From Eledone cirrhosa (Eukaryota): a DNA stretch of 64,000 bases. The position numbers and the translations under genes are program-made. Every line of letters begins with the position of its first letter. The first letter of the stretch is position 1. The stretch is taken from the NCBI GenBank assembly GCA_964016885.1, contig OZ024740.1:310434001-310498000 (forward strand). The letters run 5' to 3'. Below, one piece after another: positions 14,607-25,719 of the stretch. The notes under the pieces were generated by a model that was not told the DNA's origin, did not search any database, and worked only from the letters and a program-made list of their open reading frames with translations.

Positions 14607-15109
14607 TACCTCATTTTACTAGTCTCAAGAACGCGTCTACACGACGTGAGAAAGAATCCCAAAAGGCGGAGGGGGAGATAGTCACGCGATATAACGGTCG
14701 AGAAACAGAGCTAAGCCTCTTATAACCACGAAGAAAATACCACGGAGGCGGAGGGGGTATTCATATCGAGGCCGTAGAAGAGGTAGTGAAGAAGGCGAGA
14801 AGTACGAGTAATGGAAGCTTTCCAGTTGTCCCCACACTTCAAAGATTGCTCGACCAGAGGGAGTTATTAATATATTTAGAAACACACAGATACATGCGGA
14901 CACACACATATATACATGAATGCATCCGCACCCAACTGCGAGTTAAGGGTGCCAACTTCACCGATGTTGCTCAATGAATGACTGGGACAGACCAATTCAG
15001 TTTGAACCAGACTGAACCAGTATCAGAGTTAAAAATACATTATGAAGAGAGAAGAAACATTTAGATATAATTGGTAATAAAATGTATCATACCTAAACTG
15101 CTCCTAAAT

Positions 15110-15197
15110 TCCTCGACTACGTAGTTTCGTGGCATAAACAAAAACAATATATCAAAGATATAGAGTCCTTGCGAGGTCTGCCAACTTATCAAGAGGA
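15110..15197 (-). ncRNA. Type I hammerhead ribozyme, U3-A8 variant (unit 2)
   Basis: Identical to 14519-14606, offset +591. Confidence 0.8.
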
Positions 15198-15700
15198 TAC
15201 CTCATTTTACTAGTCTCAAGAACGCGTCTACACGACGTGAGAAAGAATCCCAAAAGGCGGAGGGGGAGATAGTCACGCGATATAACGGTCGAGAAACAGA
15301 GCTAAGCCTCTTATAACCACGAAGAAAATACCACGGAGGCGGAGGGGGTATTCATATCGAGGCCGTAGAAGAGGTAGTGAAGAAGGCGAGAAGTACGAGT
15401 AATGGAAGCTTTCCAGTTGTCCCCACACTTCAAAGATTGCTCGACCAGAGGGAGTTATTAATATATTTAGAAACACACAGATACATGCGGACACACACAT
15501 ATATACATGAATGCATCCGCACCCAACTGCGAGTTAAGGGTGCCAACTTCACCGATGTTGCTCAATGAATGACTGGGACAGACCAATTCAGTTTGAACCA
15601 GACTGAACCAGTATCAGAGTTAAAAATACATTATGAAGAGAGAAGAAACATTTAGATATAATTGGTAATAAAATGTATCATACCTAAACTGCTCCTAAAT

Positions 15701-15788
15701 TCCTCGACTACGTAGTTTCGTGGCATAAACAAAAACAATATATCAAAGATATAGAGTCCTTGCGAGGTCTGCCAACTTATCAAGAGGA
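15701..15788 (-). ncRNA. Type I hammerhead ribozyme, U3-A8 variant (unit 3)
   Basis: Identical, offset +1182. Confidence 0.8.
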
Positions 15789-16291
15789 TACCTCATTTTA
15801 CTAGTCTCAAGAACGCGTCTACACGACGTGAGAAAGAATCCCAAAAGGCGGAGGGGGAGATAGTCACGCGATATAACGGTCGAGAAACAGAGCTAAGCCT
15901 CTTATAACCACGAAGAAAATACCACGGAGGCGGAGGGGGTATTCATATCGAGGCCGTAGAAGAGGTAGTGAAGAAGGCGAGAAGTACGAGTAATGGAAGC
16001 TTTCCAGTTGTCCCCACACTTCAAAGATTGCTCGACCAGAGGGAGTTATTAATATATTTAGAAACACACAGATACATGCGGACACACACATATATACATG
16101 AATGCATCCGCACCCAACTGCGAGTTAAGGGTGCCAACTTCACCGATGTTGCTCAATGAATGACTGGGACAGACCAATTCAGTTTGAACCAGACTGAACC
16201 AGTATCAGAGTTAAAAATACATTATGAAGAGAGAAGAAACATTTAGATATAATTGGTAATAAAATGTATCATACCTAAACTGCTCCTAAAT

Positions 16292-16379
16292 TCCTCGACT
16301 ACGTAGTTTCGTGGCATAAACAAAAACAATATATCAAAGATATAGAGTCCTTGCGAGGTCTGCCAACTTATCAAGAGGA
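16292..16379 (-). ncRNA. Type I hammerhead ribozyme, U3-A8 variant (unit 4)
   Basis: Identical, offset +1773. Confidence 0.8.
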
Positions 16380-16925
16380 TACCTCATTTTACTAGTCTCA
16401 AGAACGCGTCTACACGACGTGAGAAAGAATCCCAAAAGGCGGAGGGGGAGATAGTCACGCGATATAACGGTCGAGAAACAGAGCTAAGCCTCTTATAACC
16501 ACGAAGAAAATACCACGGAGGCGGAGGGGGTATTCATATCGAGGCCGTAGAAGAGGTAGTGAAGAAGGCGAGAAGTACGAGTAATGGAAGCTTTCCAGTT
16601 GTCCCCACACTTCAAAGATTGCTCGACCAGAGGGAGTTATTAATATATTTAGAAACACACAGATACATGCGGACACACACATATATACATGAATGCATCC
16701 GCACCCAACTGCGAGTTAAGGGTGCCAACTTCACCGATGTTGCTCAATGAATGACTGGGACAGACCAATTCAGTTTGAAACAGACTGAACCAGTATCAGA
16801 GTTAAAAATACATTATGAAGAGAGAAGAAACATTTAGATATAATTGGTAATAAAATGTATCATACCTAAACTGCTCCTAAATTCCTCGACTACGTAGTTT
16901 CGTGGCATAAACAAAAACAATATAT

Positions 16926-17378
16926 CATGTATCTGTGTGTTTCTAAATATATTAATAACTCCCTCTGGTCGAGCAATCTTTGAAGTGTGGGGACAACTGG
17001 AAAGCTTCCATTACTCGTACTTCTCGCCTTCTTCACTACCTCTTCTACGGCCTCGATATGAATACCCCCTCCGCCTCCGTGGTATTTTCTTCGTGGTTAT
17101 AAGAGGCTTAGCTCTGTTTCTCGACCGTTATATCGCGTGACTATCTCCCCCTCCGCCTTTTGGGATTCTTTCTCACGTCGTGTAGACGCGTTCTTGAGAC
17201 TAGTAAAATGAGGTATCCTCTTGATAAGTTGGCAGACCTCGCAAGGACTCTATATCTTTGATATATTGTTTTTGTTTATGCCACGAAACTACGTAGTCGA
17301 GGAATTTAGGAGCAGTTTAGGTATGATACATTTTATTACCAATTATATCTAAATGTTTCTTCTCTCTTCATAATGTAT
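16926..17378 (+). repeat. Inverted partial copy (~450 bp) of the 591-bp unit capping the array
   Basis: The + ORF at 16937 matches the - ORFs of the array; ends in (TA)n. Confidence 0.9.
17216..17303 (+). ncRNA. Type I hammerhead ribozyme, U3-A8 variant (inverted copy)
   Basis: TCCTC TTGATAA GTTGGCA...TGCCAC GAAA CTACGTAG TC GAGGA read directly on +. Confidence 0.8.
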
Positions 17379-17780
17379 ATATATATATATATATATTCGA
17401 CAGCTAGATCCGAACTAAGCCACCAGTATTAGAACGGCGGGAATTTAGCTGAACTTATCAAGAGGTACATGCTATAGATGGACATGCAGTCAAAACAAAA
17501 GAAGTAGAAATAACTAAGCAAATATCCTAAAAATTTGTTGTTTTTCTTGTCTGTCGCGGGGAGTGCTCAATGATGTTGGATGTCGTGTTCATAGTTAAAT
17601 TCCTTCATAGCGGCGGGGAGCTGAACATGCCTGAAGAAAAAAGGGAAGGGAGTCAGAAGGCAGCCTGACCTGTGGATGATAAACCAGTCAGGCGCGCACT
17701 CACAGCAATAAGAGAGAATTCTATACAACTATCTTTGATTTATAGAAACGGCAAACTACAATTCAAAGAGATAAGAATAT

Positions 17781-17956
17781 AATTGTTTCTACTTTTGGCA
17801 CAAGGCCAGAAAGAAACCAGTGCATTACTGGTACTTTATTTTATCGACCCCATACGGATGAAAGGCAAAGTTAACCTCGGCAGGATTTGAACTCAGACGA
17901 TAAAGGGACGTAACTATGCTGGAAAGCATGGCGTCCGACCCTCTACTGATACTGCC
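17781..17956 (-). mobile_element. tRNA-derived SINE copy with target-site duplication
   Basis: Family match; AAGAATATAATT on both sides (17773-17784, 17957-17968). Confidence 0.88.
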
Positions 17957-18157
17957 AAGAATATAATTTCAGTGTGTAAAGAATCGAAGAAGGCAGTTAG
18001 AAAGTTTAAGTTAATTTGCCTAATCTAACACTTGCGTAAAGAGCAAAGCATTTATATGTTAATACTAATTCAGATCCTGATAAAGAAATCAAGTTATCAA
18101 ATAATCTAATGCACATGAAGGGCACCTCAATAGACTGTATTTTCTTTTATAATAAAG

Positions 18158-18343
18158 GGCGGGGAATTGGCAGTATCGGTAGAGGGTTGGCACCATGCTT
18201 TCCAACACAGTTACGTCCCTTTACAGTCTGAGTTCAAATCCCGCCGAGGTTAACTTTGCCTTTCATCCTTATGGGGTCGATAAAATAAAGTACCAGAAAT
18301 GTACTGGAGACTTGCTGGCCTTGTGCCTAAAATAGAAACAATT
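18158..18343 (+). mobile_element. tRNA-derived SINE copy
   Basis: Head GGCGGGGAATTGGCAGTATCGGT (A-box-like) and GAGTTCAAATCC (B box); TTTTC(T)nATAAT on both flanks. Confidence 0.88.
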
Positions 18344-19465
18344 TTCTTTTATAATCAGACACCCCAAAACGTCTAGTCTAGTAAGGTGTCCCACGCCTGC
18401 ATTCAACACCCCCTCCCACCACCACCACGACCAATAACACTAACACCCACTCTACCGCACACACTCATTCCCAAACACGCACACACACGCCGGTACATTA
18501 CACTCACTCATACTGTCCCAAGTACCTCCTTCTCTCTCCCCGCACTACCCCCCCCCCCCACTCACATTCCACTAACACCTCGACTAATCTACATACAACC
18601 CCCTCCCCCATACCGCCACCCTCTCCCTTAACCTTCAATACACACATACACACATTCCACACCACATACAGACTAGCTCTAATACCTGTCCGTCTGCCTC
18701 CTTCCTACCACCATACATCCACACCACACAAAAACACAAACACACACGTGCGTATCCTCACACACACGTTCTCCGGACCCTACAGCCCCTCTCCCCCACC
18801 CCCTCTACTCCTCTCCATCTACACGCACGCACACACACACACTGTCTTACACCACACCCATGTACACACTGGTTTCCCTATTACCCGAACATGGAACCTC
18901 GTTCTTCACCAAACTCTCATATTCAAACCCACACATACTCACACACACGTACACCTACACACATACCCCCCTCCCCCCACATGCCTCACACCCTTTCACC
19001 ACTTGTTTCATTTTAATTTATTTTACCCTCTAAAAAAATTGTTTCCTCCCCTTTTTTCCCTCCCTTCTAATGCATTTCCTACACTCCCCCTCACACCCTC
19101 GAAACTCCTTTCCTGCCCACTTTTCTCCCGATGAAAAGCTTATGCCTGAAACGCCCTCCCCCACTCTCAACCGTGAACCTAATACTAACAGTTTGTACTG
19201 CCTCTTCGCTTTGTTTTTGTTTTTTGGGGGTTTTTTGTTTTAACTATAATATATATAATACACGACACTCGCACACAGAACAGTGTGGCCAGTGTCGTCA
19301 TTGAAATATATATCACAGCATTATTATTAAAGGACTTGAACATTTGAAACTACTTCGCTTTTCCTTATTCTATATATATATATATATATATATATCATCA
19401 AGGTTTAGCAAATAAGAAAAAGTTTCAAAATAAATTTCAAAAAATTCACTTTACTTACTATGGTT

Positions 19466-19552
19466 ACTTTTACCGAATCGGTTTCGAGTCTCAAAAATAA
19501 ATGGATAGTCCTTGCGGGCTTCCATTGAAAAGATAAAATCTCGTCAGAAGGT
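19466..19552 (-). ncRNA. Hammerhead ribozyme motif, degenerate stems
   Basis: ACCTT-CTGACGA-GA...CTC-GAAA-CCGATTCGG-TA-AAAGT, inside a (TA)n-flanked ~240-bp insert. Confidence 0.55.
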
Positions 19553-19634
19553 TCTTTTCACTCGGAGAATATAAAATTCCCGAGTTAAAATTACGAATTG
19601 GCGCTATTCAAAATTGTTCCTGAGATGAGAATGA

Positions 19635-19668
<34 letters not shown>

Positions 19669-19675
19669 CCCACAT

Positions 19676-19716
<41 letters not shown>

Positions 19717-19722
19717 CCACAT

Positions 19723-19795
<73 letters not shown>

Positions 19796-19807
19796 TATGT
19801 GGGTTTT

Positions 19808-19981
19808 GTCGGTGGAGGGTCGAACGCCATGCTTTGCAGCAAAGAGTTACGGCCCTTTATGGTCTGAGTTCAAATCCCGCTGAGGTTAACTTTGCCTTTC
19901 ATACTTACGGTGTCGATAAAATAAAGTACCAGTAATACATTCGGATAATTGCTGCCTTTGGGCCAAAAGTAGAAACAATTA
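19808..19981 (+). mobile_element. tRNA-derived SINE copy, 5' head missing
   Basis: Family match from GTCGGTGGAGGGTCG to AGTAGAAACAATT. Confidence 0.85.
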
Positions 19982-20553
19982 TATTTCTTTGATGCTTAAG
20001 TCATACTGCATAATGCTAAAGATTAATGTTGTTATTTGCCTTGCTTATGTATCTCTCACATTTGCGTTTAGTAGAAGTTTCCCTAGATTCATTTTTGTAA
20101 TTTGCATATTACCACACACCAAACTGCTGATTGCGACACTCGCAACCAAAATCTAAGTGTGGGGGAAAACAGACACAAAGACGGAAAGAAAAAGAGAGAC
20201 AGAGAGAGATGTGGAAAGAGACATATTTTATAGTAATTCCGTATTAAAAAGTCCTTTATTAGTTTTCGGGTTTAGATTAATTAATACTGGTGTAAGCAGG
20301 ATTGAGCCTTCGACGTAGTCTATTATCATTGTTATGATATTATCACGTCGGTGTGTGTGTGACAGAGTGTTGGCGATGTAATGTATTAGAAAGCAGTGTG
20401 TTAGTTTTTCACCGCATTCTATTCATTACGTAATCACTATTATACCTATTTCGTTTATGTCTCATATAATCCTCAGATACGATCTCATCGAACCACTTGT
20501 ATAAGCGGTTCAGTCCCGATAGGCTAGTGGTTAAATCGTTAGCTGCATATATA

Positions 20554-20929
20554 CCGTATTCTTCCGTGTATAGTGCGCATTCGTGTATAACGCACTTCTC
20601 TTTTTGTCTGGTAAAGCCTAGTATAACGTAGGGAGAACTCGGGAAAATCTACCGCTAGACGTTCAAGGTAGAGAATATTGGCGTATGCAATGGTGTATGC
20701 ACAATGTGTTACCTTCTAATAAAAAAAATATAATTATATGTTTTTCTGTTGTGACATGTGAACCCCACGTTGGGGGTTGATTCTTTATACAGGCCCCTGT
20801 CCTCTGCTGACTGTTTTTCTCTGGAACAGGTTTGAAAAAAGCTGCAATTATTTAGTTGAAGTGTATATCGCTCACCCCCAAAACAAACAAAATAAAAATG
20901 AAAAACTGCGCGATTACACGCCGGAATAC

Positions 20930-20931
<2 letters not shown>
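20554..20931. mobile_element. MITE with CCGTATT termini and TA flanks (Tc2/pogo-like non-autonomous element)
   Basis: TA-CCGTATTCTTCCGTGTATAGTGCGCA ... TGCGCGATTACACGCCGGAATACGG-TA. Confidence 0.65.
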
Positions 20932-20972
<41 letters not shown>

Positions 20973-21004
20973 AGAAATTAAAAGATGGTTAAAGAAGTTC
21001 GATA

Positions 21005-21074
21005 TATTTTATTATGCGCATTTCGAAAACAACATCATCCTGTGACAAAAATTGTGTTCTCATCAGATAAAATA
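21005..21074 (-). ncRNA. Type I hammerhead ribozyme with canonical core in the Penelope terminal repeat
   Basis: TATTTTAT-CTGATGA-GAACACAA...TTGTTTTC-GAAA-TGCGCA-TA-ATAAAATA; 8-bp stem I; palindromic ATGCGCAT. Confidence 0.85.
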
Positions 21075-21254
21075 AGGTAACATGATATGAGGCCTAAAAA
21101 CACTTGTCAACAGGAAAGTGCAAAACCTACATATGACAGAAAATATAAGAGTAAGAAAAAGATAGGAAAATAGAAAAAAGGGAAAGAAGAAGGAGAAAAA
21201 GGAAAAATAAAGTGAGGAGAGGAAAAAAGGAAAAAGAAAGAAGGAATAGAGTGA

Positions 21255-21339
<85 letters not shown>

Positions 21340-21704
21340 TTGATGAGGAACGCTGTCAAAATGAAAACAGCTGTAAATAACGGCTAAAAAGTAAATTAAT
21401 GAGGTGTATGTGCGAATATTATAGATAGCATTCAAATATTAGAGGTCAAAAATATAGAAACTGGGTATATTATTTTATATTGGCTTTAAATACTAAAACT
21501 TGGACTAAGAAGTGTAAAAATGTATTAATAAAATTAAATTAAATTAAATTAAAATAAGTATAAAAAAATATTTTCATATAAAATGAAATAATAAAATAAA
21601 AAAATAAAAATTGTCTATCTATGTCAAAATTAAAAATTTCTATTAAAAATCAATATATACTATTTAATTATTATTTTATATCAACAAGTAAATAAAGGAA
21701 ATTA

Positions 21705-22985
21705 CTAGAATGATTTATAAACGTAGAAAAACATATTTATTATAGAGTTGAAATTCGAGATAATGGTAAATTTTTCAACTAGACATAAATTACAAACACT
21801 AGATATGGAAGCATTGGAGTATGGAGATGCGTTGTAGAATTTATGCCAAGAAATTTCGTAGTTAATGTTTTTGTCTTTTAAGAACCAAATAAGCTCTGAG
21901 AGTGCGGTGCTGGTCCTTTTAAGTGGATATTTAAATGAAGAAGAATGATTATAGAATCTTGCTTTAAAAGAGGTAGAAGTAGAGCCAATGTAGGTGTAGG
22001 TATTGGTACTAGTTACCACTTTACATTCATATACTAGGTTTTTATCGAGACAGAAATTACTAAGAGGACAATTAGTTCTAATAGGGCAGTTGCATTTACG
22101 ATTAAGTTTATTTACAGTGTTATTGGCAAGTGGCCCAGGGTTAATTATATTAGGAACTGGAGTGGTGGAATTAACTAAAGGAGGTGCTAACGTTTCTAGA
22201 TTTACATTACTATTTGATGTATTCCTCAAAGTTACGATTGACGTCGTATTTATATTTGTGTTATATTGCCTAGAGTTTACATTGACGTCGGGCCTTATAT
22301 TGTTATCATTATGACTCTCATGGTTGGATGCATATGAGTTATTATTTAATATTTTAGAATTATGTCTTGAGATAATTTTAGAAATGTTCGAGGTAGTGGA
22401 GTATGAGAATTTAATAGTATGCTTATTGAATATATTGCTATATATATGTGAAGGAGGGAAGCTGTTATACAAAGCCCTACAAATAATTTAGGGATATTAT
22501 TAATAATGTAAAGAGAGAAGGGAGCGTTGTATCAAAGGATATTTTTATATCTAGGTCTCCTTTTGTTAGTGGTTTGATTATTACTAGCTACATTACTAGA
22601 GTTACTATAGACTCTGCCAAGATTAGTTACCTTAGTATACCTAATTTTGTCTAGATATCGAGCCCGAGATAGCGCATTATTATAATAATTGGCGTTAGCT
22701 TCGAAGATATATTTGTTAAAGGATAAATTAGAAATTCTTTTTTCCACACTTCTGACTATAGCAGTTCTAACATTATTAGGGTCGTTAGATTTAAAGTTAA
22801 CGTAATTTAAGTTCTCATTATCCTTATGATATGGGTAATATAGGCCGGTATCTAGATTAAGGGTATACCCAGGAAATTTGCTAATTTATCATTATTCTCG
22901 AATTCAATTTTTAAGTTAAGATGCTTAAATAGATCAAGTATATTTTTCTTAATAATATTAAAGTTTACTTTCTTACAAATTTTCT
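21705..22985 (-). pseudogene. Penelope-like RT C-terminus plus GIY-YIG endonuclease, frameshifted
   Basis: TLNLDTGLYYPYHKDN..SNDP, EKRISNLS..YNNALS, KFSYS, CNCPIRTNCPLSNFC..VYECKV..YIGST..FKARFYNH, CNLCLVEK. Confidence 0.85.
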
Positions 22986-23864
22986 TGATATATCCCTTAT
23001 TCTAGATACCGGCCTATATTACCCATATCTACAACGCATCTCCATACTCCAATGCTTCCATATCTAGTGTTTGTAATTTATGTCTAGTTGAAAAATTTAC
23101 CATTATCCCGAATTTCAACTCTATAATAAATAGAAGAACAGATTTATTTGGTCTTTGCAATCATAAATCCTCCAAGACCTTTCAGAAAGTATATATCTAA
23201 TGTCCTGTAACTTTTTCCACGAATAACGGTTAATTTTTTACACATATTTTTTTACATATATATTCTTTTTACATATATATATTTTTTATATATTTTTATA
23301 CACATATTTCATTACATTCTACAATGTATTAATTTAGTTTTCTCAGCATATATTAAGCATTTGACCTTTTTTCGATAGCCTTAAATTTTCGCTCAAACCT
23401 TCGTAGATTTTGGAAACAAATTATGACGTCATATGTTTTTCTACGTTTATAATTCATTCTAGCAATTTCTTTTATTTATTTGTTGATATAAAATAAGAAT
23501 TAAATAGTAGATATTGATTTTTAATAGAATTTTTTAATTTTGACATAGATGGACTATTTTTTATTTTTTTATTTTATTTCATTTTATATAAAAAATCTTT
23601 TTTTATACTTATTTTAATAATATTTTATTTTATTTTATTAATACATTTTTACACTTCTTAATTTCGTATTAAAACCCAATATAGTATTTAAACCCAATTT
23701 AGTATTTAAACCCAATATAAAATAACATACCCAGTTTCTATAATTTTGACCTCCAACATTTGAGTGCCATCTATAATATTCGCACATACACCTTATCAAT
23801 TTACTTTTTAGCCGTTATTTACAGCTGTTTTCATTTTGACAGCGTTCCTCATCAAAAGTCTCTC

Positions 23865-23923
<59 letters not shown>

Positions 23924-24078
23924 GCTTTCACTCTATTCTTCTCTCTTTTTCCTTTTTCTCCTTCTTCTTTCCCTTTTTTCTATTTTCCTATCTTTTTCTT
24001 ACTCTTATATTTTCTGTCATATGTAGGTTTTGCACTTTCCTGTTGACAAGTATTTTTAGGCCTCATATCATGTTACCT

Positions 24079-24148
24079 TATTTCATCTGATGAGAACACA
24101 ATTTTTGTCTCAGGATGATGTTGTTTTCAAAATGCGCATAATAAAATA
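24079..24148 (+). ncRNA. Hammerhead copy with mutated core (GAAA to AAAA), likely inactive
   Basis: Inverted partner of 21005-21074; reads TTTTC-AAAA-TGCGCATA. Confidence 0.7.
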
Positions 24149-24271
24149 TATGGATCTTCTTTAACCATCTTTTAATTTCTTCTTTAATATATACTCCAAT
24201 TCTACCAACTGTTGAGTGGTACTTATCTGATATATGCATAGTTTTATTGTTCTACAATATTACTCACCTTC

Positions 24272-24350
<79 letters not shown>

Positions 24351-25021
24351 AATGAAAAGTATAGAAATTGTTGTAGCGAGAAGCTAACAGTATTCCATAT
24401 AAATTTTACGTAAGATAAATTTCTATACTAAATATAAGAGCATCCGTAGAACCACAGGGTCTTCTAAATCCTTTAAATAATTTTTGTTAAATAATTTTGG
24501 GTTTTTTATTTGCTTTTATGATTCTGATTGCCTCTAAAGAACTTTGCAATATATTGTCTGAAAAAATTGGAAGGATTGATTTCTGTGGTAAATATATGAA
24601 GCATACTGTCTTTGCGGCCTGAGATACCCTAGGGTGTGTTGAAAATATTTTAAGGTTTTGGTATTTCTGTGCTGATATATTGATATCTGGTTATCTCTAT
24701 ACAAAGGCCATATGTATTAACATGCATATGGAAAGATTTGCAGAGTATATTTTATCTTTCATGTGCCTGTATACGTGCATAGAGATGCTGGAACACTCAC
24801 GCAGATATCTTGTATATACATATATATGTATATGTATATGTAGGTATAGTTCTGTATATGTTACAGATATGCATAATATTATATACATGAACGATAATCA
24901 TATGTGTGAGGACATGAATATTAATCGTTTATTTTTTATGTATATATAGTGAAATTTTTTATAACACAAGGAAACTTATTTATGACACAAGAAATTATAG
25001 AGTTGATCACGTAAAGTCATG

Positions 25022-25221
25022 NNNNNNNNNNNNNNNNNNNNNNNNNNNNNNNNNNNNNNNNNNNNNNNNNNNNNNNNNNNNNNNNNNNNNNNNNNNNNNN
25101 NNNNNNNNNNNNNNNNNNNNNNNNNNNNNNNNNNNNNNNNNNNNNNNNNNNNNNNNNNNNNNNNNNNNNNNNNNNNNNNNNNNNNNNNNNNNNNNNNNNN
25201 NNNNNNNNNNNNNNNNNNNNN
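25022..25221. other. Assembly gap (200 N)
   Basis: Run of n. Confidence 1.
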
Positions 25222-25483
25222 TCGTGAATTATTATTATTCATCTGTTGACTTCGGTTGCTCTCTTTTTTCACCTCCTCCTTCTTTCTCTCTCCCCTATTT
25301 CTCTCTATTTCTCTCTGTTTTTCTCTACATACATTTCTTCTTTTTCTCCGTCTTTCTTTCTAACTGTGCTTAACACTATAACTAAATAATTATAAACACC
25401 TCACTACCAAGCCAGCTTCCTACCTTAATGGTCGCTTATATTTATGGTACGTCAAAATTATTTATAAAACAGTTTATATATTG

Positions 25484-25549
25484 TATTTTATCTGACGAAG
25501 GCATGCCATATTTTTAATATGGTATCCCTGAAATATGTATAATGAAATA
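25484..25549 (+). ncRNA. Type I hammerhead ribozyme motif
   Basis: TATTTTAT-CTGACGA-AGGcATGCCATATT-TTT-AATATGGTATcCCT-GAAA-TATGTA-TA-ATGAAATA. Confidence 0.8.
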
Positions 25550-25677
25550 AATATGGTTTTATAAATATAGTTTCCATTTGTTTACTATCGTATATCTACT
25601 CCAAAAACTTGTCGAGTGCTTTATATCGGTTATAAAATATTTACTTGTTGTAACCCAACAATTTTAAATAAAACTTT

Positions 25678-25713
<36 letters not shown>

Positions 25714-25719
25714 TGTAGT

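Larger units (their letters stand above)
14277..16927 (-). mobile_element. Tandem array of a 591-bp non-coding unit (~4.5 copies), retrozyme-like or non-autonomous Penelope-type
   Basis: Identical ORFs recur every 591 bp (14682, 15273, 15864, 16455); I saw only one substitution (16780); one HHR per complete unit; (TA)n on the left flank. Confidence 0.8.
20968..24275 (-). mobile_element. Penelope-like retroelement (probably Naiad-like), 5'-truncated, with inverted copy of its 3' end
   Basis: RT C-terminal and GIY-YIG remnants on -; ~20968-21735 is the reverse complement of ~23432-24186; an HHR in each arm; (TA)n flanks. Confidence 0.85.

Noticed and set aside
14277-16927. Array as CRISPR, or as a 5S/snRNA/tRNA gene cluster
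   Set aside because: No variable spacers, and I recognise no 5S, spliceosomal snRNA or tRNA sequence in the unit.
14682-17140. Repeated 63-75 aa ORFs in the array as genes
   Set aside because: Short, overlapping on both strands, non-ATG starts and no recognisable domain; they recur only because the DNA repeats.
18158-18250. SINE heads as tRNA genes
   Set aside because: They have A/B-box-like motifs but no full cloverleaf, and are always attached to the same body and tail with TSDs.
19123-19160. CCGATGA...GAAACG hammerhead-like relic
   Set aside because: The core is mutated, and no stem I or cleavage triplet is recoverable.
24976-25272. ORFs spanning X runs
   Set aside because: Artefact of the N gap.
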